A model generated the notes under the pieces. That model was not told the origin of the DNA. It saw nothing but the letters and a program-made list of their open reading frames with translations, and searched no databases. Shown one piece after another: positions 36,810 through 47,687 of a stretch of 64,000 bases of DNA; positions within the stretch are counted from its first letter, which is position 1, and the number at the start of each line of letters is the position of its first letter. Location of the stretch: positions 1 to 64,000 of the forward strand of contig DASXQR010000010.1 of NCBI GenBank assembly GCA_036507075.1. Reading direction: 5' to 3'. Origin of the DNA: Acidobacteriota bacterium (GTDB lineage Bacteria > Acidobacteriota > UBA6911 > JACQSX01). The translations under genes and the position numbers were made by a program.

Positions 36810-38084
36810 ATGACGCATCTAAAGCGGACTTTAGAACAGATTGACCCGCAAGTGGCCGAGGCCATTGCCAATGAAGCGCGCCGGCAACACACGCATCTGG
36901 AATTGATCGCCTCAGAGAATTTCGTCTCCGAGGCGGTGCTGCAGGCGATGGGCTCTGTGTTCACAAACAAGTACGCCGAAGGATTGCCGGGTAAGCGTTA
37001 TTACGGAGGATGCGAATTCACCGACATTGTCGAGTCGCTGGCGATCGAGCGCGCAAAGCGGCTCTTCGGCGCCGATCACGCCAACGTTCAGGCGCATGCG
37101 GGAAGCCAGGCCAATATGGCGGTATATCTTGCGGCCCTGCAGCCGGGCGACAAGGTGCTGGGAATGAATTTGTCGCACGGCGGCCACCTCACTCACGGCC
37201 ACCCCCTGAACTTCTCCGGAAAAATGTTCCAGATTGTTCCCTACGGCGTCAGCCGCGAGACCGAAACGATTGATTACGAAGCGCTGCAGCTTCTGGCCGA
37301 ACGGGAAAAACCTAAGATGATCATCACCGGCGCCAGCGCTTACTCAAGGACCATCGATTTCAAAAGAGTGGGCGAGATCGCCCGCTCGGCAGGCGCCGTT
37401 CACATGTCCGATATCGCTCATATCGCGGGACTGGTAGCAACCGGCCTGCATCCCAGTCCGATACCGCACGCCGAGTTTGTCACCACCACCACGCATAAGA
37501 CGCTGCGCGGTCCCCGCGGAGGCCTGGTCCTGTGCCAGGCATCTCGCGCCAAGGAACTCGATAAAGTAGTATTTCCCGGAATTCAAGGCGGCCCGCTGGT
37601 TCACATTATTGCCGCCAAGGCGGTCTGCCTTCAGGAAGCTCTGCAGCCTGAGTTCAAGACCTATCAGCAGCAAGTGATGCGAAACGCGGCTACCCTGGCC
37701 CGCGTCGTCGCTTCCCGGGGATTCCGGATTGTTTCCGGAGGCACGGACAATCACCTGCTGTTGGTGGATGTGTTCGCGCGTGGAATCACGGGCAAACAGG
37801 CGGAAGAAACTTTGGAGCACGCCAATATTACGGTCAACAAGAACACCATTCCTTTTGAAACAAATTCGCCTTTTGTGGCCAGCGGGATTCGAATCGGATC
37901 ACCGGCGCTCACGACCCGAGGAATGAAGGAAGCTGAGATGGAGCTGATCGGCGAGTGGATCGCCTATGTGCTGGAGGATATTCAGGACGAGGCGCGGCAG
38001 CGAAGGGTGAAGGAAAAAGTACTGCAGCTTACCGACCGTTTTCCGCTGTATCTCTCGCGCCAGCAGGTGGTCGGTAAGATATAG
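36810..38084 (+). CDS. glyA: Serine hydroxymethyltransferase
   Basis: [44 protein letters not shown]. Confidence 0.98.
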   Translation: MTHLKRTLEQIDPQVAEAIANEARRQHTHLELIASENFVSEAVLQAMGSVFTNKYAEGLPGKRYYGGCEFTDIVESLAIERAKRLFGADHANVQAHAGSQANMAVYLAALQPGDKVLGMNLSHGGHLTHGHPLNFSGKMFQIVPYGVSRETETIDYEALQLLAEREKPKMIITGASAYSRTIDFKRVGEIARSAGAVHMSDIAHIAGLVATGLHPSPIPHAEFVTTTTHKTLRGPRGGLVLCQASRAKELDKVVFPGIQGGPLVHIIAAKAVCLQEALQPEFKTYQQQVMRNAATLARVVASRGFRIVSGGTDNHLLLVDVFARGITGKQAEETLEHANITVNKNTIPFETNSPFVASGIRIGSPALTTRGMKEAEMELIGEWIAYVLEDIQDEARQRRVKEKVLQLTDRFPLYLSRQQVVGKI

Positions 38085-38089
38085 CTTTT

Positions 38090-38156
38090 CCTTTGTGTTC
38101 TTTGTGTCTTTGTGGTGAATCAATTTCTCACCACAAAGACACAAAGGGCACAAAAG
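38090..38156. repeat. CACAAAG-type repeat pair in back-to-back orientation
   Basis: CTTTGTGTTCTTTGTGTCTTTGTGGTGA ... TCACCACAAAGACACAAAGGGCACAAA. Confidence 0.8.
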
Positions 38157-38165
38157 ATATTACAC

Positions 38166-40064
38166 ATGGATTTCAAATCAATCTTCGGCCCGCGGGGGAC
38201 TCTGGCCCGCCACCACCCGCATTACGAATACCGCCCCAGCCAGGCGACCATGGCCGAAGCCGTCGACGCCGCGATTCACGGCCCGCATCATCTTTGCGTG
38301 GAAGCCGGCACCGGCATCGGAAAAAGCATTGCCTATCTGCTCCCTGCCATTGGCACGCACAAGCGCACCATCATCAGCACCGCCACCCGGGCGCTCCAGG
38401 AACAGCTCTTCTTCAAAGACATCCCCCTGCTGCGGCAGATTGCGGGCGCCGAGATTAAAGCAATATATATGAAGGGGCGGAACAACTATCTGTGCCTCAA
38501 AAAGCTGGAGACACATCTACAAAACCCGGAACTCCTGCCTGGAGATCGCGGCGAACAGATCGACGCGATCGGCGACTGGGCGCAGAAGACCGCCACAGGG
38601 GACCGGGCCGAGCTTGACTTTCTGCGCGACGACGATCCGGTATGGCGGCAACTGGACGCCCGGCGCGAGACCTGCCTGGGGCAGAAGTGCTCGCACTTTG
38701 AAGCGTGCTATATCACCCGGCTTCGCCAGGACGCGCTCGCCTCGGATCTGATTGTTGTCAACCACGCGCTTTTCTTTGCCGATCTGGCTTTGCGGCGCCA
38801 GGGTACGGCCGGCGTTCTGCCTGATTATGCAACCGTGATATTTGACGAGGCCCATGAGATTGAAGACGTGGCGACTTCGTTCTTCGGCCGGCAGGTGAGC
38901 AGCTACCGATTTGAAGATTTCGAGCGAGACGTGATTCGCTCCTTTCAGAAGCATCCCGCGATCCTGCGTTATAGCCCCAAGCTGTTTGAAGCTGCGCGCT
39001 GGTTTTTTGACCTCTTCGCGGTATTTCACAACGATCAGCGCCAAAGCATCGGGCTTCTGGCGCGCCGGCCTGACTTCATCCGGCTGGCTGCGGCCGTGGA
39101 TGAATTGCTGCAGCTTTTCATTTCAATGGCTGGAAAACTGGGAAGCCGCGACGATGAGCAGGACGCGCTGCTGGACCGCGCCCAGGAACTGCGGTCCGAT
39201 TTTTCTTTCATCAGCTCGGCCGCCGATCCGGCTTACGTCTACTGGATTGATAAAAGGCACCGTGGGGTTTTCCTCAATGCTTCACCCATCGACCTGGCTC
39301 CCATCCTTACCGAATGTCTTTTCAGCAAGACTCACAGCGTGATTTTGACATCGGCCACTCTCACCGCCGGCGGCAGTTTCCGCTATCTGCGGGAGCGACT
39401 GGGCATTACCCAGTCAGAAGAACTGGTTTTGGAATCCGAATATGATCTGAACGCGCAGGCGGTGCTTTACATTCCGCCTCTGCCCGATCCACGCCAGGTG
39501 CAATTTGTCGAGACGGCTTGCGAAGCAATCGAGCAATTGCTCGAAATCTCGGAAGGACGCGCCTTCCTCCTCTTCACCAGCTTTGCCCAGATGGAGAAAT
39601 GCTACGACAGACTGGCTCCGCTGCTGAGGTTCCCGTTGTTGAAGCAGGGGGACTTCCCGAAAAAAGTGCTGCTGGAGAGATTCCGACAAACGCCCTCTTC
39701 GGTGCTCTTTGCCACGGCCAGCTTCTGGCAGGGAGTCGACGTGCAGGGCGATGCTCTCAGTTGTGTTGTGATTGACAAGCTGCCTTTTGCCGTTCCCACC
39801 GATCCCATCGTTTCGGCCAGGTACCGTCTTCTTGAGCAGCAGGGGAGAAACGCATTCGAGGAATACAGCGTGCCCCAGGCCGTAATCCTGCTAAAGCAGG
39901 GCCTTGGACGGCTGATCCGCAGCAAACAGGACCGCGGAATCTTGTCAATTCTGGACAACAGGATTCTCACCAAAAGTTACGGCCGCCACTTCCTCGAGAG
40001 CTTGCCAAAGTGCCCTCTTACCGATAACATTGAAAACTTGAGAAACTTTTTCGACATCAAGTAA
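38166..40064 (+). CDS. ATP-dependent DNA helicase, DinG/YoaA family
   Basis: EAGTGIGKS, KGRNNYLC, DEAH, SATL, QGLGRLIRS, Fe-S cysteines. Confidence 0.93.
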   Translation: MDFKSIFGPRGTLARHHPHYEYRPSQATMAEAVDAAIHGPHHLCVEAGTGIGKSIAYLLPAIGTHKRTIISTATRALQEQLFFKDIPLLRQIAGAEIKAIYMKGRNNYLCLKKLETHLQNPELLPGDRGEQIDAIGDWAQKTATGDRAELDFLRDDDPVWRQLDARRETCLGQKCSHFEACYITRLRQDALASDLIVVNHALFFADLALRRQGTAGVLPDYATVIFDEAHEIEDVATSFFGRQVSSYRFEDFERDVIRSFQKHPAILRYSPKLFEAARWFFDLFAVFHNDQRQSIGLLARRPDFIRLAAAVDELLQLFISMAGKLGSRDDEQDALLDRAQELRSDFSFISSAADPAYVYWIDKRHRGVFLNASPIDLAPILTECLFSKTHSVILTSATLTAGGSFRYLRERLGITQSEELVLESEYDLNAQAVLYIPPLPDPRQVQFVETACEAIEQLLEISEGRAFLLFTSFAQMEKCYDRLAPLLRFPLLKQGDFPKKVLLERFRQTPSSVLFATASFWQGVDVQGDALSCVVIDKLPFAVPTDPIVSARYRLLEQQGRNAFEEYSVPQAVILLKQGLGRLIRSKQDRGILSILDNRILTKSYGRHFLESLPKCPLTDNIENLRNFFDIK

Positions 40065-40157
40065 TCATTGCAATTGGCGGAGTGTGTGTCTGCCCTTCCG
40101 CGCCCCGGTTTGACGCGTGAAAACACAATCTTCGGATTAGCTTCAGAGGGAAATAAC

Positions 40158-41186
40158 ATGAATACATTATCCAGAAAGATCTCCTTTTTGGTGTCAGCGG
40201 CGCTGTTCCTGGCCATTTCGGTTCCGGCGTTCGGACAGGTTCGCGGCATCAAAGGGAAAGTAGTGGACGAAGAGGGTAAGCCGATTGTCGGCGCCAAAGT
40301 GACGATCGAAGGCATCGATATCAAGCGCAATTACTCGACCAAGACGGACAAAAAGGGCGAGTACATTCACATGGGCCTGACCTTCGGGAAATACAGAGTG
40401 GGCATCGAGGCGGAGGGATTCCAACCCGACATGGTTTCCGGCATCACTCCGGCGGTGGGCGAGCCTACGGTCGCCGATTTTCAGTTAAAGAAGGGGAGCG
40501 GCAAACTCGCGCTCGGAATGACAGACGAGCAAAAGAAAAAAATGGCGGCCGAACAGGAAGAGGCCAAAAAGCAGGCCGCAGCGGCGGAAGCAGTAAAGAC
40601 CGATTTCCAGGCCGGTATTGCCGCCTCCCAGGCGGGCAAGCTGGATGAAGCGGTTGATCTCTTCAAGAAGGCGATCGAGAAAGATCCAAGCCAGCCTTAT
40701 GTTTGGGCCAATCTGGCAGACACTTATGGAAAACAAAAGAAGTATCCCGAAGCCATCGAAGCCTTCAACAAGGCAATCAGTCTGAAGCCGGATGACTCTG
40801 CGCTGATCCAGAATCTTGGCAACATCTATGCCGCCAGCGGTGACACCGCGAAAGCTCAGGAGCAATACAACAAGGCGGCCAGCATGGCTACCGCTTCGGC
40901 AGCCGCAGGAGGGAGCGGGAACGCGGCGGTCAGCTATTACAACCTGGGAGTCACCATGGTGAATGCCGGCAAGTCTCAGGAAGCAATCGACGCCTTTACC
41001 AAGTCGATCTCCGCCGATCCCACGTACGCCGAAGCTCACTACCAACTGGGCATCGCCTACATCAGTATCAGTAAGAACGATGATGGCGTGAAAGCGCTCA
41101 AGGAATACATAAAGCTGGTATCCACCGGCCAGAATGCCGACACGGCCAAATTGCTGATTCAGGAACTGGGTAAAACGAAGAAGTAG
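40158..41186 (+). CDS. Secreted carboxypeptidase-regulatory-domain plus TPR protein
   Basis: Signal peptide, IKGKVVDEEGKPIVGAKV, several TPR repeats. Confidence 0.85.
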   Translation: MNTLSRKISFLVSAALFLAISVPAFGQVRGIKGKVVDEEGKPIVGAKVTIEGIDIKRNYSTKTDKKGEYIHMGLTFGKYRVGIEAEGFQPDMVSGITPAVGEPTVADFQLKKGSGKLALGMTDEQKKKMAAEQEEAKKQAAAAEAVKTDFQAGIAASQAGKLDEAVDLFKKAIEKDPSQPYVWANLADTYGKQKKYPEAIEAFNKAISLKPDDSALIQNLGNIYAASGDTAKAQEQYNKAASMATASAAAGGSGNAAVSYYNLGVTMVNAGKSQEAIDAFTKSISADPTYAEAHYQLGIAYISISKNDDGVKALKEYIKLVSTGQNADTAKLLIQELGKTKK

Positions 41187-41308
41187 CGGGTGATCCGTTG
41201 TCCGTGGTCAGTTGTCCGTGGCCAGAGGGTTTGAGTCAGTTGAGACTCGAAGGGTCAGCAGGGAATAGGTCCCGCGGTCAGGGTACAAGGCATCATCATT
41301 CCTTCACC

Positions 41309-42025
41309 CTACTCCTTGCCAGCAGCGTCAAAGTAGTGCTCGGCCTTCTTGCATCCCAGGTCGGCCAGATTCGCCAGGGAGGCGACCGCTGCGGATCGAA
41401 CCTCGCTGTATTTGTCACGCGTCAGCTTGAGGAAGGACTCGAGCACGTCATCAGGGATCTGATTGGGCCGGTGCCAGTAAGCCACAGACAGTTCGGTGAC
41501 AGCATGGGCGCGCATCGCGGGATCATCGCAGAACAGGTATTCATTCAGAAATTCCACGGCCTCCTGGCCTCCCTGCTGCGCGATTGACGCGGCAGCCGAG
41601 AGAATCATCTTTTGGCGCTTCTTAAGAAAGTTGTCGCGTTTGAAAGTGAAGTCCATCGCCTTACGCAGATAAGGGATGGCGCGATCCTCTCCCACTTCAC
41701 CCATGGCCACAATCAAGGCCGCCTGCAAAGACTGCGTCCCTGTCCCCGCGTGCGTTTTGTCTTCAAGCAGCGCCTGGAAGAGCGGGTCTAGAGTCTCTGT
41801 TCTTTCAAGGGTTCCAAGGGCGAGAGCGGCGAATTCCTTCTCTTTGCGCGAACCTTGTTTGAGTATTCTTAGTAAAGGCTGCAGAAACTTCCTGTTCCGG
41901 AGAACACTGATCTCAGGGAGGATATTGTATTTTTCGGCGGTAGTCCCAGTTTCGATAACTCCAACGCAGCGATCAACTGCATCATCCTGCCTTTCATCGG
42001 GAGCAGCGGTTGTATCGAAACTCAT
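41309..42025 (-). CDS. HEAT repeat protein (start could be 42049)
   Basis: AALALG, ALIVAMGEVG, VRSAAVASLA repeats. Confidence 0.75.
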   Translation of the reverse strand: MSFDTTAAPDERQDDAVDRCVGVIETGTTAEKYNILPEISVLRNRKFLQPLLRILKQGSRKEKEFAALALGTLERTETLDPLFQALLEDKTHAGTGTQSLQAALIVAMGEVGEDRAIPYLRKAMDFTFKRDNFLKKRQKMILSAAASIAQQGGQEAVEFLNEYLFCDDPAMRAHAVTELSVAYWHRPNQIPDDVLESFLKLTRDKYSEVRSAAVASLANLADLGCKKAEHYFDAAGKE

Positions 42026-42104
42026 TACAAGCCTTAAGTCGCGGCCCATTATAGTGCTGCAAGGGTTTCCTGCAAAAGAAAAAACCGGTTTGAGGCTGTT
42101 CGAG

Positions 42105-42230
42105 GTAGTGAACGTATCATGCCAATGTTGATCGTGAGCGTGAACGTAGTCGTTAACGTCTAACGTTGACGTGCACGTGGCCGTCCTCGGCTTTTTTTCT
42201 TTAGTTGCGGCTCTGCCGGGCTGTGCCTCC
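42105..42230. repeat. Hexamer-periodic arm plus GTTGCGGC...CGGGCTGTGCCTC terminus
   Basis: GAGCGT GAACGT AGTCGT TAACGT..GACGTGCACGTG; tail matches 54940-55003. Confidence 0.7.
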
Positions 42231-42251
42231 GTTGCGTGTTAGAATAGTCGG

Positions 42252-42872
42252 ATGCAGAACAGAACACTGCCGGCAGTCATTGTCAGCCTGGTTGCCGGGT
42301 TGATCATCGGCTTTTTCGGCGGAGTGGCTTACGACTCGCAGAAGGCCGTATCAGCGCAAACGACAGCCGACCGTTCTGCTCCTGCCGACGCGACCCAGCC
42401 GGATAATTCCAAGCTTCCGGAAAACCATCCTTCCAAGGAAGTGATGGAAAAGGTCACCCATCTGCTGGAGCACGCCCAGAAGGATCCCAATGACAAGGAT
42501 TCGCGCATCGAACTGGGCAATATCTTTTATAACCTCGGCCAGTTCGAGCAGGCGATCAACTATTATGGCCAGGTCCTGGAGCTCGATCCCCGCAACGTAA
42601 ACGTGCGCACGGATATGGGAACGTCATATCACTTTCTAGGCGATCATGACCGTGCTCTGAAAGAGTTTGCCATCTCGCTGAACCTGGATCCGACACATGC
42701 GGAAACCCTGCAGAACATGGGATGGGTGAAGTACAACGGAAAAAAGGACTACAAAGGCGCGCTCGAGGCCTGGAATAAGCTGCTTGCCACGCATCCGGAC
42801 TATCGGCATGCCGATCAAATCCGCAAGCAGATCGAATTGGTGAAGAAAGAAATGGCGGGTGGAAAGAGTTAA
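42252..42872 (+). CDS. Membrane-anchored TPR protein
   Basis: N-terminal TM, LPENHP motif, ELGNIFY and RTDMG TPRs. Confidence 0.82.
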   Translation: MQNRTLPAVIVSLVAGLIIGFFGGVAYDSQKAVSAQTTADRSAPADATQPDNSKLPENHPSKEVMEKVTHLLEHAQKDPNDKDSRIELGNIFYNLGQFEQAINYYGQVLELDPRNVNVRTDMGTSYHFLGDHDRALKEFAISLNLDPTHAETLQNMGWVKYNGKKDYKGALEAWNKLLATHPDYRHADQIRKQIELVKKEMAGGKS

Positions 42873-43132
42873 TGCTCGGGCTGCTGATTCGACTAATCCT
42901 GATCCTTTTTATTCTTTACTTCATCCGCAAGGCGCTGCGAAGCCTGATGGGCGCGAGCACCGGGTCGCGCATGCCGCGCCAGAATCGGGCTCGCGAGATC
43001 CGGGGAACGATGATGAAAGACCCGGTCTGCGGCACATACGTTGATACTCAAGCCTCGATTCGCGTCAACAGGAACGGTAAAGATTTTTATTTTTGCTCGG
43101 AAGCCTGCAGGCGTCAGTTCGCGGCCAATTGA
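42872..43132 (+). CDS. YHS/TRASH domain protein
   Basis: KDPVCG...FYFCSEAC; TAATG coupling. Confidence 0.88.
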   Translation: MLGLLIRLILILFILYFIRKALRSLMGASTGSRMPRQNRAREIRGTMMKDPVCGTYVDTQASIRVNRNGKDFYFCSEACRRQFAAN

Positions 43133-43151
43133 TTACCGGCAAGCTGGCCGG

Positions 43152-43252
43152 GAAAAAGGGGACAGTCCCCAATTGGAAAAAGGGGACAGTCCCCAATTAG
43201 TCTGCTCTTGTGCGTTCCTGGCGGCCTTGGCGGTTAAGGTTTTTGAATAATC
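43152..43252. repeat. Two tandem GGGGACAGTCCCC palindromes plus one CGCCAAG-type arm
   Basis: GAAAAAGGGGACAGTCCCCAATT x2; then CCTGGCGGCCTTGGCGGTTAA..TGAATAATCC as at 52370-52413. Confidence 0.8.
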
Positions 43253-43268
43253 CGCGCAAAAACCATTC

Positions 43269-44135
43269 GTGGCCAAAAAGAAAATCCGCACCATAGGCAT
43301 TGTCGCGAAGCTGAAACCCGAAATCGGCGATATCGTCGCCGCTGTCGTCCAATGGTGCCGCGAAAAAGGAATCAAGTTTTTTGTTGATTCCGAGTCGGCT
43401 GCGTTCCTTCCTTTCGAAGTCCCTGCCCTGCCCCGCGACCGACTTCCCTTCCGAACCGAGGTCATCGTGGTCCTGGGCGGCGATGGCACGATCCTAGCGG
43501 CGGCGCGATCGCTCAAGAACAGCGGCACTCCCATGCTGGCAGTCAATGTCGGATCCCTCGGCTTCCTGACCGAAGTGAAACTGCAGGAGCTTTATCCGAC
43601 GCTGGAGCGAGTGATCGAGAACAAGTTTTTTGTCGATGTTCGCTACATGATCGACGCACTGGTGAAACGGAAGCGAAAAGTTGTGGCAAAGTACACTGCC
43701 TTGAATGACGCAGTAATCAACAAAGGAGCGCTGGCGCGAATTATCCAGTTTGAGGCCTTCAGCAACCAGGACCAGATCGGCACCTTTCTGGCGGACGGTC
43801 TGATCATCGCCACACCAACGGGATCGACGGCATACTCGCTCTCGGCGGGTGGGCCTGTGGTGTTCCCCAACATGGAATGCCTGGTTCTTACTCCGATCTG
43901 CCCGCACACGCTGACCAACCGCCCGCTGGTGATTCCGCTCGACACAACAGTTCGCGTTGTCCTGACGCAGGGAGAAGAAGTCATGCTGACTGTTGACGGC
44001 CAGGTCGGAACCCGTCTCCAGTTGCACGATGAAGTGGTTGTTTCCCGTTCTCGCAGCACGGTGAAACTGATTCATCCCGCCAACAAAAACTACTTCGACG
44101 TGCTGCGCGAAAAGCTCAAATGGGGAGAGCGGTAG
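43269..44135 (+). CDS. nadK: NAD(+)/NADH kinase
   Basis: LGGDGTIL, GSLGFL, ALND, DGLIIATPTGSTAYSLSAGGP. Confidence 0.96.
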   Translation: MAKKKIRTIGIVAKLKPEIGDIVAAVVQWCREKGIKFFVDSESAAFLPFEVPALPRDRLPFRTEVIVVLGGDGTILAAARSLKNSGTPMLAVNVGSLGFLTEVKLQELYPTLERVIENKFFVDVRYMIDALVKRKRKVVAKYTALNDAVINKGALARIIQFEAFSNQDQIGTFLADGLIIATPTGSTAYSLSAGGPVVFPNMECLVLTPICPHTLTNRPLVIPLDTTVRVVLTQGEEVMLTVDGQVGTRLQLHDEVVVSRSRSTVKLIHPANKNYFDVLREKLKWGER

Positions 44136-44152
44136 GTAGCAAGCCGGAACAT

Positions 44153-44346
44153 CCAAGAAAACTTTAACCGCCAAGATCGCCAAGAACGCTAAGAATGGCG
44201 CAAAGGACGGGGGCTGAAACTTGAAGGATGAAGGCCATAAAAGCCGTGTCACGCAGCGGTACTGTGCCTTCATCCTTCAAGTTTCAGCCCCCGTCCTTTG
44301 CGCTCTCTTGGCGCTCTTGGCGATCTTGGCGGTTAAGTTTTCTTGG
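44153..44346. repeat. Long nested inverted repeat (MITE-like)
   Basis: Arms TTAACCGCCAAGATCGCCAAG...GGACGGGGGCTGAAACTTGAAGGATGAAGGC; second copy at 52208-52416. Confidence 0.9.
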
Positions 44347-45424
44347 CCGCATTCTCATACTCCTGTTGCAACTGCTCCATCAGACTGTCGAGTTTCTCCA
44401 GGAGTCGTTTCGGCTGCCTTGGTTTCCGTTTGTTGAGGGCGTAGGCGGCCATCAGCGGGAGCGCGATGGTGCAGTCCAGATAACAGACGACCGCGTCGGG
44501 CAGCCGATCGGGATCAATCTTCCCCCAGCTCACCGCTTCTCCCGGGGTCGCTCCCGACAGACCTCCCGTGTCCGCGCGGGCGTCGGTCACCTGTAGGAAG
44601 TAATCATGTCCCTTCTCTTCAATTCCAAGAACCTCCTGAATCTGAGGCTCAGTTTGCAATACGAAATTCTTGGGCGAACCACCGCCCAGAATGACTACGG
44701 CGCTTTTTCCACCGGAACGCTTCGCTCCCAGCACGATCGCCGCCGTCTGATTTACGTCGCGGTTGACATCGAACACGAGCTTGTTACCGCTGAGAGCTTT
44801 CGCAGCCACGTTCATGCCGATTGAGCTGTCACCCGGCGATGAGGTAAAGATCGGAACCGCGTGCGTGTAAGCTGCAGACAAAAGGGAGCGGCGGTCCAGT
44901 TTGAGCATCCGCTCGCGTTCCGCCATGTAGCGGCCGATCCGATGATGAAATTCAGCCGTGCTCATGGAAGACTGAAACTCCGGGGCTGAAATCACTTCAC
45001 GGTAGAAGGCGTCGGTGGACAGCAGCACGTCATATTCGAAAAAGATGTCATAAATTCGGACTACCCCTTCTTCACGCAGCACCACGTCGCTCACGTTAGG
45101 AGTTCCGCGATGCATTTTCAGCCCGATGCCGAAGTGCGTGTCATGGTACAGATTGGCGCCCGTGCTTACAATCCAGTCTATGAAGCCCGCCTCAATCATC
45201 GGAATCAACGCGCTCCGCCCCAAGCCTGCGGGAGTAAGGGCCCCTGTGATGCCGACACCTACGGTCACGTCCGCCTCCAGCATCTTTTCGGCAAACAGAT
45301 GGCATGCCTCGCGGAGCCGTGCCGCGTTGTAAGCCAGAAATGTCTGATCAATGAGCTCGACCAGAGACGTATCACCGCGGATGATCAGCGGATCAATGGG
45401 CTTGCCTGTCAGGTATTTGCTCAT
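44333..45424 (-). CDS. Deoxyhypusine synthase-like protein (likely homospermidine synthesis)
   Basis: [54 protein letters not shown]. Confidence 0.92.
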   Translation of the reverse strand: MSKYLTGKPIDPLIIRGDTSLVELIDQTFLAYNAARLREACHLFAEKMLEADVTVGVGITGALTPAGLGRSALIPMIEAGFIDWIVSTGANLYHDTHFGIGLKMHRGTPNVSDVVLREEGVVRIYDIFFEYDVLLSTDAFYREVISAPEFQSSMSTAEFHHRIGRYMAERERMLKLDRRSLLSAAYTHAVPIFTSSPGDSSIGMNVAAKALSGNKLVFDVNRDVNQTAAIVLGAKRSGGKSAVVILGGGSPKNFVLQTEPQIQEVLGIEEKGHDYFLQVTDARADTGGLSGATPGEAVSWGKIDPDRLPDAVVCYLDCTIALPLMAAYALNKRKPRQPKRLLEKLDSLMEQLQQEYENAAKKT

Positions 45425-45537
45425 GATAAGGGAGTCCTCCAAGTTCCGAGCCGCCGGCGCTGCGGTGCAATCATATCTTGAACAGCTCGAATGTGGTGAT
45501 CCCACCGGCAACGCATAAAAAATCCGAAAAAGCCGGG

Positions 45538-45674
45538 ACCACGAAGGCGCGAAAGCGCGAAATGAGTCAGATCCCTTGGCTACCAAAAGGGACTGAGTAT
45601 CGAAATGTTTGCGGTTCGGGTCATGCAGGAAGACTGGAACAATTTTCGATTTCGCGGCTTCGCGCCTTCGCGGT
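45538..45674. repeat. CGCGAA-type periodic inverted repeat
   Basis: ACCACGAAGGCGCGAAAGCGCGAAAT ... ATTTCGCGGCTTCGCGCCTTCGCGGT. Confidence 0.75.
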
Positions 45675-45765
45675 GGGTTTCTTCATACCTTTCAAGCCCA
45701 ATGGAGCTTGAGACACTGCTTGCATGTATACTGTCCTTCTGAGGGCCTCATTCAGGCCGCCTTGA

Positions 45766-46119
45766 ATGAAAAGAATACGGTTCTGGGAACCGACAGGAAG
45801 ATTGCGGCGCAAGCTGCTGGTGCTTGTGTTGACATCTTTCTTTGTGTCGGTTTTGACTGCAGAGTGTGTCCATCTCATCGACGAAACGATCGATCACGCC
45901 AGAGGTCACGCTTCAAGCGGCAGGCAGGGACCTGGCGGAGACTGGTCGCACCGCTGCCACAGTTGCCCCACCTCTCAGCCCCAGAGTCAGGGTCCGACAC
46001 TGGATTTTCACATCGGGCTCAGCCCGACGCCTCTCGAACGCCCCACAAACAATGGGGGTCGTGGCTCCCTCTCTCTTGTAAGGCTTCCCGCCAAGCGCGC
46101 ACCGCCCGTTTCAGTCTGA
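45766..46119 (+). CDS. DUF2946-like leader protein with CxxC and C-terminal RAPP motif
   Basis: Basic plus hydrophobic N-terminus, several His, HRCHSC, ends KRAPPVSV; directly upstream of metal uptake genes. Confidence 0.72.
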   Translation: MKRIRFWEPTGRLRRKLLVLVLTSFFVSVLTAECVHLIDETIDHARGHASSGRQGPGGDWSHRCHSCPTSQPQSQGPTLDFHIGLSPTPLERPTNNGGRGSLSLVRLPAKRAPPVSV

Positions 46120-46232
46120 CGTATCCTGAGTGCAGGACAACGACAACGCGTCCTGCTTAATCCATGCCGACTCTTCGGGCCATACCAGGCGCCGGATGAA
46201 GTCGGCTCCTGAGTTTTCATTGGAGAAGCCGT

Positions 46233-47633
46233 ATGTATCGTGTCAGACAGAAATTGGCATTTGCCATCATTTTCTTCTCTTCTCAGATGGTGTGGAGTCC
46301 AGCGGCGCCAGCCGGTCAGCAGCCGGCCGAGCCGCGGAAGAATGAAGCACGACAAGATTTGACCCCTTCAGACGCCGCCGCTTTGAATGTGATACGCACC
46401 CAGATAGAGGCAATGAAGGCGGATTACGAAAAACGCATCAAGGACCTGGAGGACCAACTCGCACAGCTCCAATCCCGCCTGTCACAGCAACCGGCAAGCG
46501 GCGAAATGGTGCAGGAGCCGCAGGCCCCGCAACCCGTGGTGCAGTCGATTCCCGGCGCGCTCAATCCCGCCATTTCTGTGATCGGGAATTTCGTGGGGAG
46601 AGGCGACACTCAAAAAGTGTTCAACGAAGACGGGGACCGCCTCGACAATAAAATGAACCTGCGGGAAGGCGAAATCGACATGAGAGTGCCGATCGATCCT
46701 TACGCGGATGGAGTATTGATCACGTCTTTGGAATCGGAAACTCCCGGAGCCTTTTCCGTCGACGCTGAAGAAGCCTACGTGAACATAAAAAAGCTCCCGT
46801 TCCTGGACCGCACACCACTGGGGCTGAGATTGAAGGTGGGCCGTTTTCGACCTGCGTTCGGCAAGATAAACATCCTGCACACGCACGATCTTCCGCAGAG
46901 CTTTCGCCCGTTGCCGGTTGAAGAATTCATGGGTCCCAAAGGATTCAATCAGAACGGCATCTCGGCGAGTTTCTTCATTCCAACGCCATGGGACGCCAAT
47001 TCCACGTTGGATGCAACAGTAGAATTCCTGGGCGGCGGCGACGTGGCCATCTCTCCGCAAAAGCAAGCGCGAAATGCCTACCTGGCGCACCTGCGATGGT
47101 TCCGGACCGCCCGCGACACACACAATTTTGAGCTCGGCCTTTCCAGCTACTATCACCCCCGAGGCAATGACATCCGTTCCGCCAATTTTAATGGCGTCGA
47201 TTTTCTCTATCGCTGGAAGCCTTTGCGCCAGGGCGAATGGAAGTCATTCCTGCTGGGCGGTGAAATGATGTTTGCCGGTCGCGCTTACCCCGATGCGGGA
47301 GAACCGCCGGAGGTTGCCCGACTTTCCGATGAGATCCAGCCCGGATCCGGCAAGCCGTTCGGCTACACGGCATTCACTCAGTATCAGTTCGACCGACGGA
47401 AATACGCCGGTATTCGGTGGGACCAGACCACCGCGCTTGTGAACCCCGGCTTGCGTCGCCGTGGGTTAACGCCGTACTTCTCATATTATTTCAGCGAGTT
47501 CCTGCGTTTCCGGCTGAACTACGAGCACCGCTGGAGCGATTTCTCGACCGAGGACCGCCGAAACTCGGTATTTCTTGAGTTGAACTGGGTTTTCGGCGCC
47601 CATCCGCCCGAGCCGTTTTGGGTAAACAAATGA
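46233..47633 (+). CDS. Outer-membrane beta-barrel, 'zinc-regulated TonB-dependent receptor'-like
   Basis: Signal, coiled coil, NPAISVIG, IDPY, EEAY, FG..N..H.H, FSEFLRFRL.Y, GAHP.EPF. Confidence 0.8.
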   Translation: MYRVRQKLAFAIIFFSSQMVWSPAAPAGQQPAEPRKNEARQDLTPSDAAALNVIRTQIEAMKADYEKRIKDLEDQLAQLQSRLSQQPASGEMVQEPQAPQPVVQSIPGALNPAISVIGNFVGRGDTQKVFNEDGDRLDNKMNLREGEIDMRVPIDPYADGVLITSLESETPGAFSVDAEEAYVNIKKLPFLDRTPLGLRLKVGRFRPAFGKINILHTHDLPQSFRPLPVEEFMGPKGFNQNGISASFFIPTPWDANSTLDATVEFLGGGDVAISPQKQARNAYLAHLRWFRTARDTHNFELGLSSYYHPRGNDIRSANFNGVDFLYRWKPLRQGEWKSFLLGGEMMFAGRAYPDAGEPPEVARLSDEIQPGSGKPFGYTAFTQYQFDRRKYAGIRWDQTTALVNPGLRRRGLTPYFSYYFSEFLRFRLNYEHRWSDFSTEDRRNSVFLELNWVFGAHPPEPFWVNK

Positions 47634-47687
47634 TCCCAAACAACATTTTTCGTTTGTAAACATCGGAACGCTTATCAGGTGGTGCAT

